Assembly (NCBI GenBank): GCA_904063045.1
Contig: CAJFCJ010000007.1
Coordinates: forward strand, 988,819-1,052,818
Length of the DNA stretch: 64,000 bases
Direction: 5' to 3'
From: Dimorphilus gyrociliatus
Taxonomy: Eukaryota; Animalia; Annelida
Below the pieces are notes generated by a model. It searched no databases. It was not told where the DNA came from and saw only the letters and a list, made by a program, of their open reading frames with translations. Below, one piece after another: positions 49,757 through 61,523 of this stretch (position 1 is the first letter of the stretch; every line of letters starts with the position of its first letter). The position numbers and the translations under genes are program-made.

Positions 49757-50811
49757 GTTTTCTTTTATTATTATTTTTTCTAATTTTGTCCTTCTCAACT
49801 CTAACCTTGGCCCATATATTTTTTTAACTTCCCTAAACGTCGATTAAGGCTCCAATTTCAGAGAGGCGACGTTTTCAGCACTTGTTTATTCTGTTTTCAA
49901 TTTCAAAACATCTTTAGCACGTTAGAGCCTATGTTTAACAGAATGAAAAAACAATCGTTCTGTTGCTTATTTTCGCCCTTACACTATTGTCCAATGGCAT
50001 CTTTTATACAACTGTCTCCATTCTAATTATTCCCATATCCCGTTTGTTATTTAAGGTTTAAATACTTCTTGCTGTTCAGCTTGTTCCCTTCCGTAAACAA
50101 TTCTAAAGACATTTTCATAGTAGAAATAATTGAAAAAATAACAATAGGAATATTTTGTAATATTCTCACAATCAGTTGTGTATCTGAAAAGGAATATATT
50201 ACGAAGAAATAGATAATCATCTACATTTTGTCACTATCAATCACCAGTAAGGTTACTTATTATGAAAATTGACTGAACTATTGACTGAAAATTGAAAATT
50301 TTTAAAGGATTTGGGTGTGTAAGATTTCATCCTAAAAGAATAAAGACAATATAAACAAAAACATCGTAAAAGTTTTTGCTAAAACTATAGTGAACCTGTC
50401 TTCCTCTTTTTTTTAACCTTTGATATCTTTCGTTACTTTGGCAATTTTTCGCGCAATTAGACTTTTTTTGCTCAAGTTTTATCAAAACTGACCCTTATTT
50501 TTTTACAATCAAATCTATTTTTATACATCTTTTTTTTTAATTTTATTCCCAAACTATATAATTATATTAACTTTCGATCTAGTTGTCGAGAAAATCTGAT
50601 ATATTTGCAATTTCCCAGACTATTACGTGATTCATAAATATGGTCGGTAAATTTGTAGGCTTAGGAAAAGCAAAAAATTTTTACCACAGTTTTTCTTACC
50701 AACGGGATGCGTTCTTATCTAGCCTTGCAGCGCCTTGTTTCCTTAAGGTTCTTTGCGCCTCTAGCGGGATATTTTGTGTAGCGCCGAAGTCTTTCACTTA
50801 AAAATTTGGGC

Positions 50812-50851
50812 ATGTCGGCTAGACGGAAAAAACGACGCTATATTCGGATAG
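50812..50851 (+). CDS. NAV: Candidate alternative first exon MSARRKKRRYIRI(G)
   Basis: GGCATG start in a GC-rich patch, G|GTAAAC donor in phase 1, compatible with exon 9 (skipping exon 8). Confidence 0.28.
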
Positions 50852-51453
50852 GTAAACTAGGGTGAGAAACTGTTATTCTATTTTTACTTTCTGACAACTT
50901 AGGCCTAGATTGTCGCCAAATACCGGCAATTATTTCGATTGCTGTCGGGATATATCGTCCAATGTTTATTTATGGACGGTTTTTGGACGGACGTCCGCTT
51001 TTGTTAGGCCTATACAACCGCTAATATCCTCTGGGAATTTTTTTTAAACGCCGCTGAATTTATAGACAGTATTAGATGAGAAAGAACGGGTGAGATTCAG
51101 TCAGGTTTTTTTTTTCACTTCATTAGAAAAATTTCTCAAACATACCTTTCAGATTAGGAGTTTATTACAAGGTGTTTTTCTCCTTTATCGGTACAGTTAA
51201 TTCTGTTTCTGCCTATTATTTTTCTTAGTTTTTCACTTTAGTAAAAAAAATTCGCCCGGCCCATCGGATGTTTGTAATTAACTGAACGGTTTTTAAGCTA
51301 ATTTTCGTTGGGAAAATCGATTTGCAAGATCTGTTTTTTGTGTATGATATACTTCAACAGTCGCGGGTCAGCCGCAGGCTAATCGTATGAAACGAGGTTA
51401 CGCGTTGAAAAGTGCTTAGTAAAGGCAATCGTATTTTTTGTCTCCCTTAACAG

Positions 51454-51533
51454 CGTTGACGACGACAGTTCGATTAGTTCTGGAGAACTTAGCGATGCAA
51501 TCGGAGAAACTTCGGTCGACGATCTCAATTCAG
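51454..51533 (+). CDS. NAV: NAV exon 8
   Basis: TTAACAG| (S)VDDDSSISSGELSDAIGETSVDDLNS |GTAATT; resembles NAV DDSSSVSSGLSDTLDNISTDDLN. Confidence 0.93.
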
Positions 51534-52263
51534 GTAATTCTTTTTTTTTACATTCTTTTATTTCTTTCTTATCTTTCCGGCTCAGTTTAATGTTAATGCT
51601 CTAAGAGGGACAAAACCTTATTTGCCTAAGAATAATAGCATATTAAAAGTTTTGATACGCTTATATGACTAATAAGCTTACAAATGGATCCCCTGTTTTA
51701 TATCTGTATCAAAAATGTAATCGTTTTATACTTAGTTACTCTATCTTAATTTTTTATCCTAAAAAAATGCAACTAATCTAAGTGATCCCTTCCTTGCTCG
51801 AACAATGAAAATAATATATATAGAATTTATAAAACCATATTCAGCAAACAGAAAAGAATGATAAAAAAAACCAAAGGGAATGAAAACGGACTGCATTCAA
51901 AGTCTATTGTTCGAATTTAATAATGTTGATAACCTCCGAGCTAACCTATTCATTTGATGAAAAGTAACAGTCCTCCTACGCTTGTCAGCGAGACTTTGAA
52001 AGAATAGTTCCTTCAAAGGACATTGATAGTCGCTGTTTTTTCCAAAAGTTTTAAAACATGCTCGAAAATACCTTTATTCGCGTGTTTCTTTAAAATATAC
52101 CCCCTACAGAAATGGAATGCTAGCCGTGAAAAAGGTTCTTAGAGTGAATTTGAGCCTTATTATCTCACTTTTTTAAATTTGTTAAAAGGGGGCGCTGTTT
52201 GATTTATAAGTAGTAAATTAACTCTCCAACAAAGTCGTAACAACTTCTCGTTTATCCCTTTAG

Positions 52264-52650
52264 GATTACCATCGGCGGGCAAATATCGTCCAGTAGCTGG
52301 TACGGCTTATTCAGCCATACAGTTAGGTACGAAGACGCCATCTAGCGGGAGTCGAACTACCCCAAAATCTTCGTGGCGGCCAACTGATGACTCCTTAAAA
52401 AAGAAACGGGATAGCGATACTAATGGAGATGCTTTAGCCCTAGCAATGCTTCGAAAACATATTCAATCAACTCCTGCAGCAACTGGCTTGTCAAGACGGC
52501 CATTATCTGCTAGCGGAGCTAACGGTGACAGTATTAGAACAAATGGTCAGCAAGTATTATATGGCGGAGTTACAAGTCCAGCTTCAGAACCCGGAACGGC
52601 GTCTCTTAATCGACGAATGATGTCTGGACGCCAGATGAACAACACACTAG
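52264..52650 (+). CDS. NAV: NAV exon 9
   Basis: CCCTTTAG| phase 1, in frame with ORF 52446; ends NNTL G|GTAACT. Confidence 0.85.
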
Positions 52651-52727
52651 GTAACTCTTTTTATTTTTAAAACCAATATTATTACCGGTTAAAAAAAGTT
52701 CTACTTGATAGTCTATATTTATTATAG

Positions 52728-53104
52728 TAGAAAAATCACAAAAAAATGTGGTTATGTCAATAGAATACTTTCAAAACACGTTGAAAAACAAAATAGGTTC
52801 AACAAGAAGTAGCCCTGGCGACGCACCATCCGATTGGCCTGCGAGACCAACAAGTGGATCATGGATGAAAAGGAACATCATGGGTGACGGCGAAGAAACC
52901 CTGTCTATACAAGCTCAGATTGCTCAAGCCCGGGCCAGTTCTGCTGCCCAAAAGAACATGCTAGCCCAAGAGAGAGGTGAAAGTGGGGAACCTCTCTCAC
53001 CAGCCCATAGTACATCGTCAAAATTATCATACAAGCAGTACTCTGACGAAGTTCATGGTTCCTCTTTATCAATCGCTTCTCAGGGATCCAGTGTCTATTC
53101 AACG
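52728..53104 (+). CDS. NAV: NAV exon 10 (5' boundary uncertain: in-phase AGs allow starts at 52728, 52731, 52764 or 52797)
   Basis: Ends with conserved VHGSSLSIASQGSSVYST |GTAATT, phase 0 (NAV: HGSSLSLVSSTSSVYST). Confidence 0.88.
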
Positions 53105-53727
53105 GTAATTTTCATTATCTTAATCTCCTTTTTACGATTTAAGCCCTTCTTAGTATTTACTAACTTTTCCCCAATGTAATCTTAGAGAACTTTTCAATTT
53201 AGTTAGCCCAAGTGCTAAATTCCTTGATGTTTTTGTAACTGTATTCAATCAACAAACTTCTCTTTTCTTCTCTTCTACACTTCGCGCTCTATTAGTTACT
53301 TGTGGGATAGAAAACATTACTGAGAAAAACGTAATTTTATTCCAAGCTAGATACAGAAAAGATTTAAAATAAAATAAAATAAGATCAAAAAAAAGCAATC
53401 AAATAGATAGTTGATAAAAGAAAAGGATAGTCTTTTTTTATTATAGATAATAAAACTGATAAAAATGAAATTTTTAACACAGCTATCCCTAACAACTAAA
53501 GTAATTTGTAAGACTTCGTTCTTCCTTCTAAAGATTTTATGAAAAATTCCATAAATCATTTCATGCTACTTAGTTAGATCTGGGACGTGAAGGACTGTAA
53601 ATACCTTTCTAGTTTATTCAACATTCGCTTTTCTGTCCCCTAATCCCCAAACAGCTTAAATCATTTTTGTAGAAAAATAATTATATATAAATAAACGAGT
53701 TGAAAACATTATTATGCTATTTTACAG

Positions 53728-53751
53728 GCTGAAGAAAAACTGCAAGCAGAG
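53728..53751 (+). CDS. NAV: NAV exon 11, 24-nt microexon AEEKLQAE
   Basis: TTTACAG|GCTGAAGAAAAACTGCAAGCAGAG|GTTTGT; resembles the vertebrate PEEKCQSE/AEEKAHSE segment. Confidence 0.9.
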
Positions 53752-54642
53752 GTTTGTATACAAATTCTTTCAAATTCTTCCGTAATCGTTTAGTTTATTT
53801 TGACGGCGTCAAGTAGGGAGAGGTTTATCATAAAATCCCGTAGGTTGTTAGATAAACAGACTTTATATGAAATCGACTTCAGCATTAACATATAAAGAGT
53901 AGAAGTGAGAAAGCATAGTAAAATCTGAACTAATTGAAATAGTGATAATACTGATAAGTTGTAGGCGGGAAAAATGTTTGGTTCGTTTCACATCTTATCT
54001 GAACCAAAAAAATAGAGAAAGAAGGGTAAAAGAGCAAGCGAATAAATCGCATTTTGAGTAAAGCCTTTGCAAGTGCAATTTCAGATCTTTTCTCTTGGAT
54101 ACTATGCCATATTTATTAGAAAATTTATCGAAAAGAATGGTATTTAACATTATTATTTAAATAGATTCCCTGTAAGTAAATAGATATTCGAGTAGATTCC
54201 GATTCAATTAGAAGCGATATGAGAAGAATCATACCTTTCGTATGATAGATGAGTAAATATTGATAAAGTAGTTATTTATATCTAGATGAACATTTTTATA
54301 TACAGGTGATGTAGATGAGTTATCATGACTAGTCAGTTTTATTGATTTTGCTCTTTCCATTTTCATTTGGATAATTTCGCATACAAAGATCAGTGAAATT
54401 AAACTCAATCATTTTCGTTTATTCTCTTGTCAAAAAAGCGCCTGATAAGAAATAAAAGTAAAGAAAGTAAAATGATTCTCGAATGTCTTTACGCCAGAAT
54501 GGTCAGAAAGAAATAGTTTTATGATTTACAGAAACATAGAAATTTTAGCTGAACTATATAATCGTATATTTTTCTAAATTACGCTAGAAAATAAAACTCA
54601 CATATAACTGTAATTACTATTATTGTTATTTCTTTGTTGCAG

Positions 54643-54729
54643 TTGAGAAAACTTGCAAGAGAACGAGACAATGCTTTAGAACAAAGAAATACCTTACAGC
54701 ACAAACTCTCTTCGAATGAAAATGCACAC
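54643..54729 (+). CDS. NAV: NAV exon 12 (coiled coil)
   Basis: TTGCAG| LRKLARERDNALEQRNTLQHKLSSNENAH |GTGAGT; resembles IRKLRRELDASQEKV. Confidence 0.92.
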
Positions 54730-56561
54730 GTGAGTTATTTCTTTCTTCTTCAACAGCCCTACTTTCCCCCTTTTTTTGACAATAAGAAAATCGTTAGTTG
54801 TTCGGTATGCTTAATTAGGCGTTCGTCCTCGAAATGTAAAGCCTTTAAGCGAATAACGACTGTATCAATTGTTCGGTATAGTTCACGTTTCTTTAAAAAG
54901 ACTTGTTTGCAAAAAAAAGAATCCTAGCACTGAGTTTATTGATTAACTTGAAAGAATTCTTTGTGCTCACCTTTTCCGTTTTCTTATGAAAGAAGTTAAA
55001 GGGCAGGAAAATGTAATCTTTTTCAGTCAATGAACAAAAAGAGTAGGAAGGGACGAAAGTCATGTTGCCACATTCAATAATTCACGGTCTCAGCATAAGT
55101 TTAATTTTCTCTTGTTGTTGTAAATATTCATTATTAAACGTTATTGTCACCTTTTTATATAACTATTGATTAGCTTGATTACTGTTGTCGTATAAAGCTA
55201 ATTACAGATGATGTTGGCAATGTTCTGATTCAGTGTATTGTCAATTAGACAAAACAATGACCGATGGGAATGAGAGAAGATAAAACTAATAGAAAAATCT
55301 AGTCTTTATTAGAATAGTAAGATACGACCAAGATTTCGTATAATCCAGAACACACACCGCTTTAAGCTTCTTAATTTAAATTTGCTTTCGATGTCCATCC
55401 ATTTTCTGCCATGTTCGTTTCTTCTCCCACAAACGTACCCAATTTTTCTTAGTTTGTTTGGTTGGAAAACGAACAAAACCTGTCGTGTCTGCCCCTCGAT
55501 TCATCTTCCCCTTAATCGGAAGCATGTCTTAGAATGGAAAAAATAAAATGTGAGTTGGAATGGGGAGAGGAAGGGAGATATGATAGAAAGAAAACTAAAG
55601 TAAAGAGAACGAATACTTTATTGACAATGCGTGAAAATGATATAGAATGTCAAAATGTTTACTAATCACAAGCTTATTGTGTTTTATTCTGGTGTATAAT
55701 ATCATTTACCTCTGTTTTCTTTTATATTGACTTTCTATTGTAGAAAAATCAAAGGTAAATTCTCAAAATTTAATTTATTTTTTCAATTCTATTATAAGAA
55801 ACATTAAATCAGCAAAAACCTATTAAATAATTCATTGTAAATCCGATGATATTATTGCGTTATTGGATGATTATTGATAAACAATATATGTACAGAGTAA
55901 TATGCAGTCTTTAGAATCAATCATCGAGTATGATTCCTTATGATTCATTTTTGAAATAATACCCAAATTATAGTGTTACAGACAAAAAAAATGACAAATT
56001 CAATAGGGGATTAAGTAATGTTAAAAAAAACTTAAAAATGAAAACTCCCTCTAAAAATTGACATTCCTATATCGGTTTAAAGTTACCTAAGACATAATAA
56101 GTTCTTTCTTCACTCTCCAACGTTCTGGCCCTGTCTTCTTTCTTTATAAGATAAAAGTGAACACAAGGCCGATTACGCAATTGGTAAATTATTTATCAAC
56201 AATGAACTTTCAACCTTATTTCACATTCCATTTGGGTCTTATTAAATTTTTTTCAACTTTTGATACGATAAAGAAATAAAAATAGGAGAAAAATCGATTG
56301 AATGACCAACCAGCAATTAAACGAATACCTTTTTATAAGTGTACTTGAGGGTCGAGACTGCGGAATTCGAGAAAGTATAGCCCTCTAGAAAACTTTGGAT
56401 GTAGATGAGCCTCGGGAGCTTTTTTCATACTTTATATATAGATTTTTTTCTTTCGTCGGAGCGTCACAGCTATTAGTCAGAACATGCGCGAATCGATATC
56501 TAGGTGGCGTTGCAGTTTAGCTGGGCCGTAAAGGTACGCTTATAGTTTTTTGCTGTCAGCG

Positions 56562-56696
56562 ATGGAAGCTGGATATTATTCAACTCCCAGGCGAACAAGA
56601 AGAAATCCTTCTTCCAGATACTCTAGCCCCTCACCAGTGAGGGAAGATTACTACCTGCACAGAAGTATCACATCTGATGATACTGACATATATATG
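56562..56696 (+). CDS. NAV: Candidate alternative first exon of a short NAV isoform (C-terminal half only)
   Basis: MEAGYYSTPRRTRRNPSSRYSSPSPVREDYYLHRSITSDDTDIYM |GTATAT, phase 0, fits the last exon. The upstream CAG would be phase 1, so it cannot be a cassette after phase-0 exon 12. Confidence 0.6.
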
Positions 56697-59393
56697 GTAT
56701 ATATTAGATTGCATAAGAATGTAAAATGTAACTTGTGATATCTAGTGCTATTTATATAGACAGTATATAATTTCATAAGTGTAAGATAGAAAGGTGCATA
56801 TGATATAAAAGTATGCAAATCATTATTTTGTTAATTAGAGCAATGATTAAAGTAGTAATAATCATGATCTTTATCATAATGGTATACATGAGGCTATCTT
56901 TACATGAGGATATGAGAGTATGTATACATATTTTCCCATACTGAATACTGTGGCATCTGCAACGCGTCGTAATATTAAACCGATAGATTAGAGCCGTGTG
57001 CGATGTGTCTTGGATTTGTTTGAAATTCTAACCGTTTCTGCACATCATCATGAAAATCTGTCAGAACCGAAATATCCCAATACAAATAATAAAGGATTAA
57101 AGTGAAACTAAATGGGATAACAAGACAAATAAAAATGTGATTATTAGTAGAACTAGTAAATAGAAACTTATTTTCCCCTAGGCATTTCTTTAATAGTCCT
57201 ACATAAAAAATATATGATGAATTGTTTCTCAAACGAAGAATTTTGGAATATATGATGCCCGATATTATGATACTAAAGGAATTCTATCAGAAATAAAAAT
57301 AAAGAAGATATTATCTAAGGAAGTTAAATTAAACTAGATATATAGTGGCTATTAGTAGATTCCATTCGGCCCAATTTCATCTTTAAACTAGTTCTATCCT
57401 TTTTCAAAGATAAAAAAAATAAAGCTGTTGGAAATTAAAATATTCAAATAAACAACATTCTCTCTTTCCTTCCCACCCAAAAAAAGAGCCTGATTCGATT
57501 TTACTCTATCATTGTCTCTTTTACTTAAGATATCGATTATTCCTTTTATCACCTTTTTTAGAGAGGGGAGGGTGGGAGGAGAGTAAGGATAGACGAGGGC
57601 GGAAAAAAAAAGGATAAATAAACCCCAAAAAATATACAAACCCCTCTTTTATGACAGTTACATAATAAGAAAAACAAAAAGATAAATGATTAATATATCT
57701 TGTTGTTTCCATAAATCTAATTATGAGTTAATCAGGCAAAATATATTAGTATATATAAAATAATAGAATGAGAGAGAGAAAGAAAAAGACAAGGAAAAAA
57801 TACGTACAAAGAATGTATGGAAATAAAAAAATAAAGAAAAAGAAAAAAATATAAATACGTGAAGAAAATATCTTTGACCGACTTTATCACCGCCAACCGA
57901 CGCATTTTGTTCCGAATATCGATTTTACGTCAACTACCAACCGAAAGGTTTCAATCAGAATTTACCCCTTTTAACGTAGCTTTTTAATCGAAAGACCTAT
58001 TAAACATCAATTTGTATTTATTAACAAATCCTCCACTATCTATATTGTTATTTTTTTAAAAAAAAATTGTTTGTGCTAAGTCTATATTTGATAGATCCTC
58101 GGTTACGTAACCCGCCGATTTATGTAAGACGTTCTTGAACGTTTCACCCCCTTCCTTCCTTCCTGTTGTTAAAGTAGAAAAATTAGAAAGATTTATAAAT
58201 AGACAAGAAATTTAGATATACACGTGCAAGAACAGATTGAAATATTTCCCACTCGACCCCTTAGTTTTTTTACGCTCCTCTCGCTCTCTAACCCCATACA
58301 AAGTTTAGTTTTTGTACATTCTTTGTCTACAAACTGTAGACGTGTTCGCTATTATACGAATACGGAGTGTGTGTACTCGACAAACACTAGCTTATATTTA
58401 AAATTCTTTGAACTTTATATAAATATTGAACAATGTATGTTGTGCGCTGTATTGTAATATTTACCATATGAAAAAAGAAAAGCTGTTCGATGCAATCTAT
58501 TAATGGTTTACGATAAATACTATAATGTACAAGTAGATATTTTTAATCCTCACTTCTCATACCCCCGCGTTCTTCATTTATCCTCTCTTCTCTATTCCTC
58601 TACTCCTTTCTGAATAATCGTTCAATTAAACTAATGAAAAATTTAATAACCTCATTAACCATCCCGGTTCGTTAAACTTTCGCTATTTGTAATAAATCTA
58701 ACATAGAAATGGTAAAAATAAACAAAAAATTTGCAACGAAAGCCCTGTTTTATCCATTTTACTGAATAATAATCAACCCTCGTTGTAAGTAACAATTTAT
58801 AATACTAATGATAATAAAAAAAACAGCATTGGAAGCTGTACATCCTTTTGTAAATAAGTATTTATTATTTATTACGCTCTTAAGAAACGATTTTAAAATA
58901 TTTACGATTCCATTGTTAATCATTTATTTATTGCGCTGAAGAATATGGAAGCTTTTTATTCTTTTGGTTTTGATTATTATCATTTTAAAGGATTATTTAC
59001 GAAGATCGAAAGTTTATCGTATTATTGCGTTCAATTTATTCGACATTTTGATTTGTATGCTTGACATTAAATGCATTAACTATCACTGAATCCTTTATAT
59101 TATTCTGATAACTATCAGGGTTAAAACCGAACTCATGAACTTTGAACCTCTATTATTTCCATGTTAATGTGAGCGTGCGGTAATGGACAATTGTTTCTGT
59201 CACGAATTATATGTAATTAATTTTAATTCGAACTCTTTGCAAAGAAAAGTGTCTTATTTAATTAAAATTATCAGAAAAGTGGGGCATACAGCTGTTTACT
59301 TTAATTCGATTGACTTTTATCAGCTACTCTATTTTCTTTATTGTACATATTTTTTTCACCAATTCTCTAATAAAACTTTTGATTATCTTTCAG

Positions 59394-61523
59394 GCTCATA
59401 TGGTGGCTGTGTATGAACAATCCTTGACGAATATGACTACAAGGCTTCAGCAAGAGACATCGATTAGAGAGAGAATTGAACAAGAAAACAAGCAGCTGCA
59501 AATGCACCTGCAACAAAACGCTATAACGTCTCCCACTTCCGATTCGTCACTCAAGCATCACGTGTCTTCCGATAGCGTCTCTTCGCTTAATTCTTTGACT
59601 TCTAATAGCACCCTTGACGAGAAAAAGAAGAAAAAGGGTTGGTTACGTAGCTCTTTTTCAAAATTGGGCAATGGCTCCGGCCAGAAAAAGAAAAACAATA
59701 ACAGAGCAACTCGTAACGGAAGTTTTTCGGATGCTGAAGGAGGTGGTTCCGACTCTCTAAGTATCAGATCAATAGAAAGTGCGTCCGTTCCTAATTCACC
59801 TTTGCCTCTACATCATTTACATGCTTATACCAGTCCCACAAAAGATTTACCTTCTGTATTAGATTTGCAACAGCAATTACAGGAGAAAGATAGAGAATTA
59901 GCTGACACTCGTTTAGAGAATTTGTCTTCAGCTCACCAAATCGATCAGATGAGAGAGACGCTTAAGAGAATGAAGAATGAAATGATGGCATTAAAATCAG
60001 ATAATCAGCGATTACAAAAGTTGGCAAGTAGGGAAGACAACAGTCAATCTTCCAATTCTCCTTTAAATTCACCGCAGGAAACTATCGGAAAGCTGAGTCT
60101 GACGGATGACCTCCTACTAGGCTCCGAAATAGATAAAGACGGAAGGAGAATTAGTGTACGAATTGAAATTGGAGACGGCAAAGACGTTGTCATGTCAGCC
60201 GTTCAAGTCAGTGGGAAGACAAAATGGGAGAATTTAGATCTACAGTTGAAGAAAGTCTTCAGGGAATATGTCTTACGAGTCGATCCGGTTACTAATTTAG
60301 GATTAGAATCTGATTCTGTACTTTCGTACTCGATTGGGGACATTCTTCGTATACCAAATATGGAAGAAACACCCGAATTATTACCCTGCGGTTATTTAGT
60401 TGGAGATAATGAAATAATCGTTAGACTGAAAAATCACGAGGAAGAATGTGTGGAAGCCCTGTCTATGGACACGCTGATACCTAGAAATATTTTACATAGA
60501 TATGTAAGTCTCCTATTAGAACACGGAAGACTAATGTTGTCAGGTCCGTCAGGAACCGGAAAATCTCACCTGGCTAGAAAATTGGCAGAACACGTTTGTT
60601 TTAGAGTCAAACAACCATTATCATCAATCGCTTCATTTCAAGTTGAACATAAATCATCAAAAGAACTTCGAGCCTATTTAGCCTCCGTTGCTGAACAAAT
60701 GGAACGAAATTCCCCTGATGCACCATCAATAATTTTACTTGATAACGTTCATCATGTGTTAGCGTCTCTTCCAGAAGCTTTAGAACCATTTTTAAGTGTC
60801 ACCAGAAATTTGAGATCGCCAATTATTATTGGCACAATGGCGTCATCTGCTGCTGCATCCTTACAATTACACCATGACTTTAAATGGGTTTTATGTGCCA
60901 CACATGTGGAACCAGTTAAAGGTCTACTTGGCCGGATATTACGGAGGAAACTAATAGAACACGAAGTTAAAGCTCAAGCAAGAGACGGAGGCTTAGCTAA
61001 TTTAGTGGACTGGCTGCCCAGGGTATGGCAGCATGTGAACACATTTCTAGAAACTCATGCATCCAGCGATGTCACGCTTGGGCCTCGTCTTTTCATTGGT
61101 TGCCCTTTACAATCTGACAGTGCTCATGTCTGGTTTACGGACGTTTGGAATTATAGCCTGCTGCCTTATATTAGAGACGCCGTTCGGGACGGTTTACAAA
61201 TGTTCGGACGACGTGTTGCTAGTTGGTCCGATCCAGCTCAATTTGTATTAGACACTTTCCCATGGAGTCGTGGGCCCCAAATGGATGCTGGCCTCCTCCG
61301 TCTTCGACCGGAGGATGTTGGCTTTGATACGGCACCTAGTAATGCTCCAGCAGTACCTGTTCCCAGTAGTCCTGCACCAACCCGTCATTCCAGCCAGCCA
61401 AGCGAAACTCTGGACAATGATCCATTAACGAATATGCTAATGAGACTGCAGGAAGCAGCTGTTACTAACTGCCAAAGTACCGATTCCGAAGCTGGTTTAG
61501 ATGAATCCCGAGACGAAAGCTAA
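59394..61523 (+). CDS. NAV: NAV terminal exon: coiled coils plus AAA+ ATPase-like domain
   Basis: CTTTCAG| AHMVAVYEQSL; KKKKGWLRSSF; Walker A GPSGTGKS (60543-60566); Walker B IILLDN; WFTDVWNYSLLPY. The 13 exons total 5415 nt = 1804 aa plus stop. Confidence 0.97.
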   Translation, partial: AHMVAVYEQSLTNMTTRLQQETSIRERIEQENKQLQMHLQQNAITSPTSDSSLKHHVSSDSVSSLNSLTSNSTLDEKKKKKGWLRSSFSKLGNGSGQKKKNNNRATRNGSFSDAEGGGSDSLSIRSIESASVPNSPLPLHHLHAYTSPTKDLPSVLDLQQQLQEKDRELADTRLENLSSAHQIDQMRETLKRMKNEMMALKSDNQRLQKLASREDNSQSSNSPLNSPQETIGKLSLTDDLLLGSEIDKDGRRISVRIEIGDGKDVVMSAVQVSGKTKWENLDLQLKKVFREYVLRVDPVTNLGLESDSVLSYSIGDILRIPNMEETPELLPCGYLVGDNEIIVRLKNHEEECVEALSMDTLIPRNILHRYVSLLLEHGRLMLSGPSGTGKSHLARKLAEHVCFRVKQPLSSIASFQVEHKSSKELRAYLASVAEQMERNSPDAPSIILLDNVHHVLASLPEALEPFLSVTRNLRSPIIIGTMASSAAASLQLHHDFKWVLCATHVEPVKGLLGRILRRKLIEHEVKAQARDGGLANLVDWLPRVWQHVNTFLETHASSDVTLGPRLFIGCPLQSDSAHVWFTDVWNYSLLPYIRDAVRDGLQMFGRRVASWSDPAQFVLDTFPWSRGPQMDAGLLRLRPEDVGFDTAPSNAPAVPVPSSPAPTRHSSQPSETLDNDPLTNMLMRLQEAAVTNCQSTDSEAGLDESRDES

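Noticed and set aside
58101-58112. PAR-bZIP palindrome GGTTACGTAACC and other TTACGTAA sites
   Set aside because: About 5 TTACGTAA seen versus about 2.6 expected; not enriched, so no circadian claim is made.
59310-59393. ORF-track N-terminal extension of the NAV last exon (likewise 48832-48922, 53105-53179, 54730-54927)
   Set aside because: Intronic read-through beyond clear splice sites.
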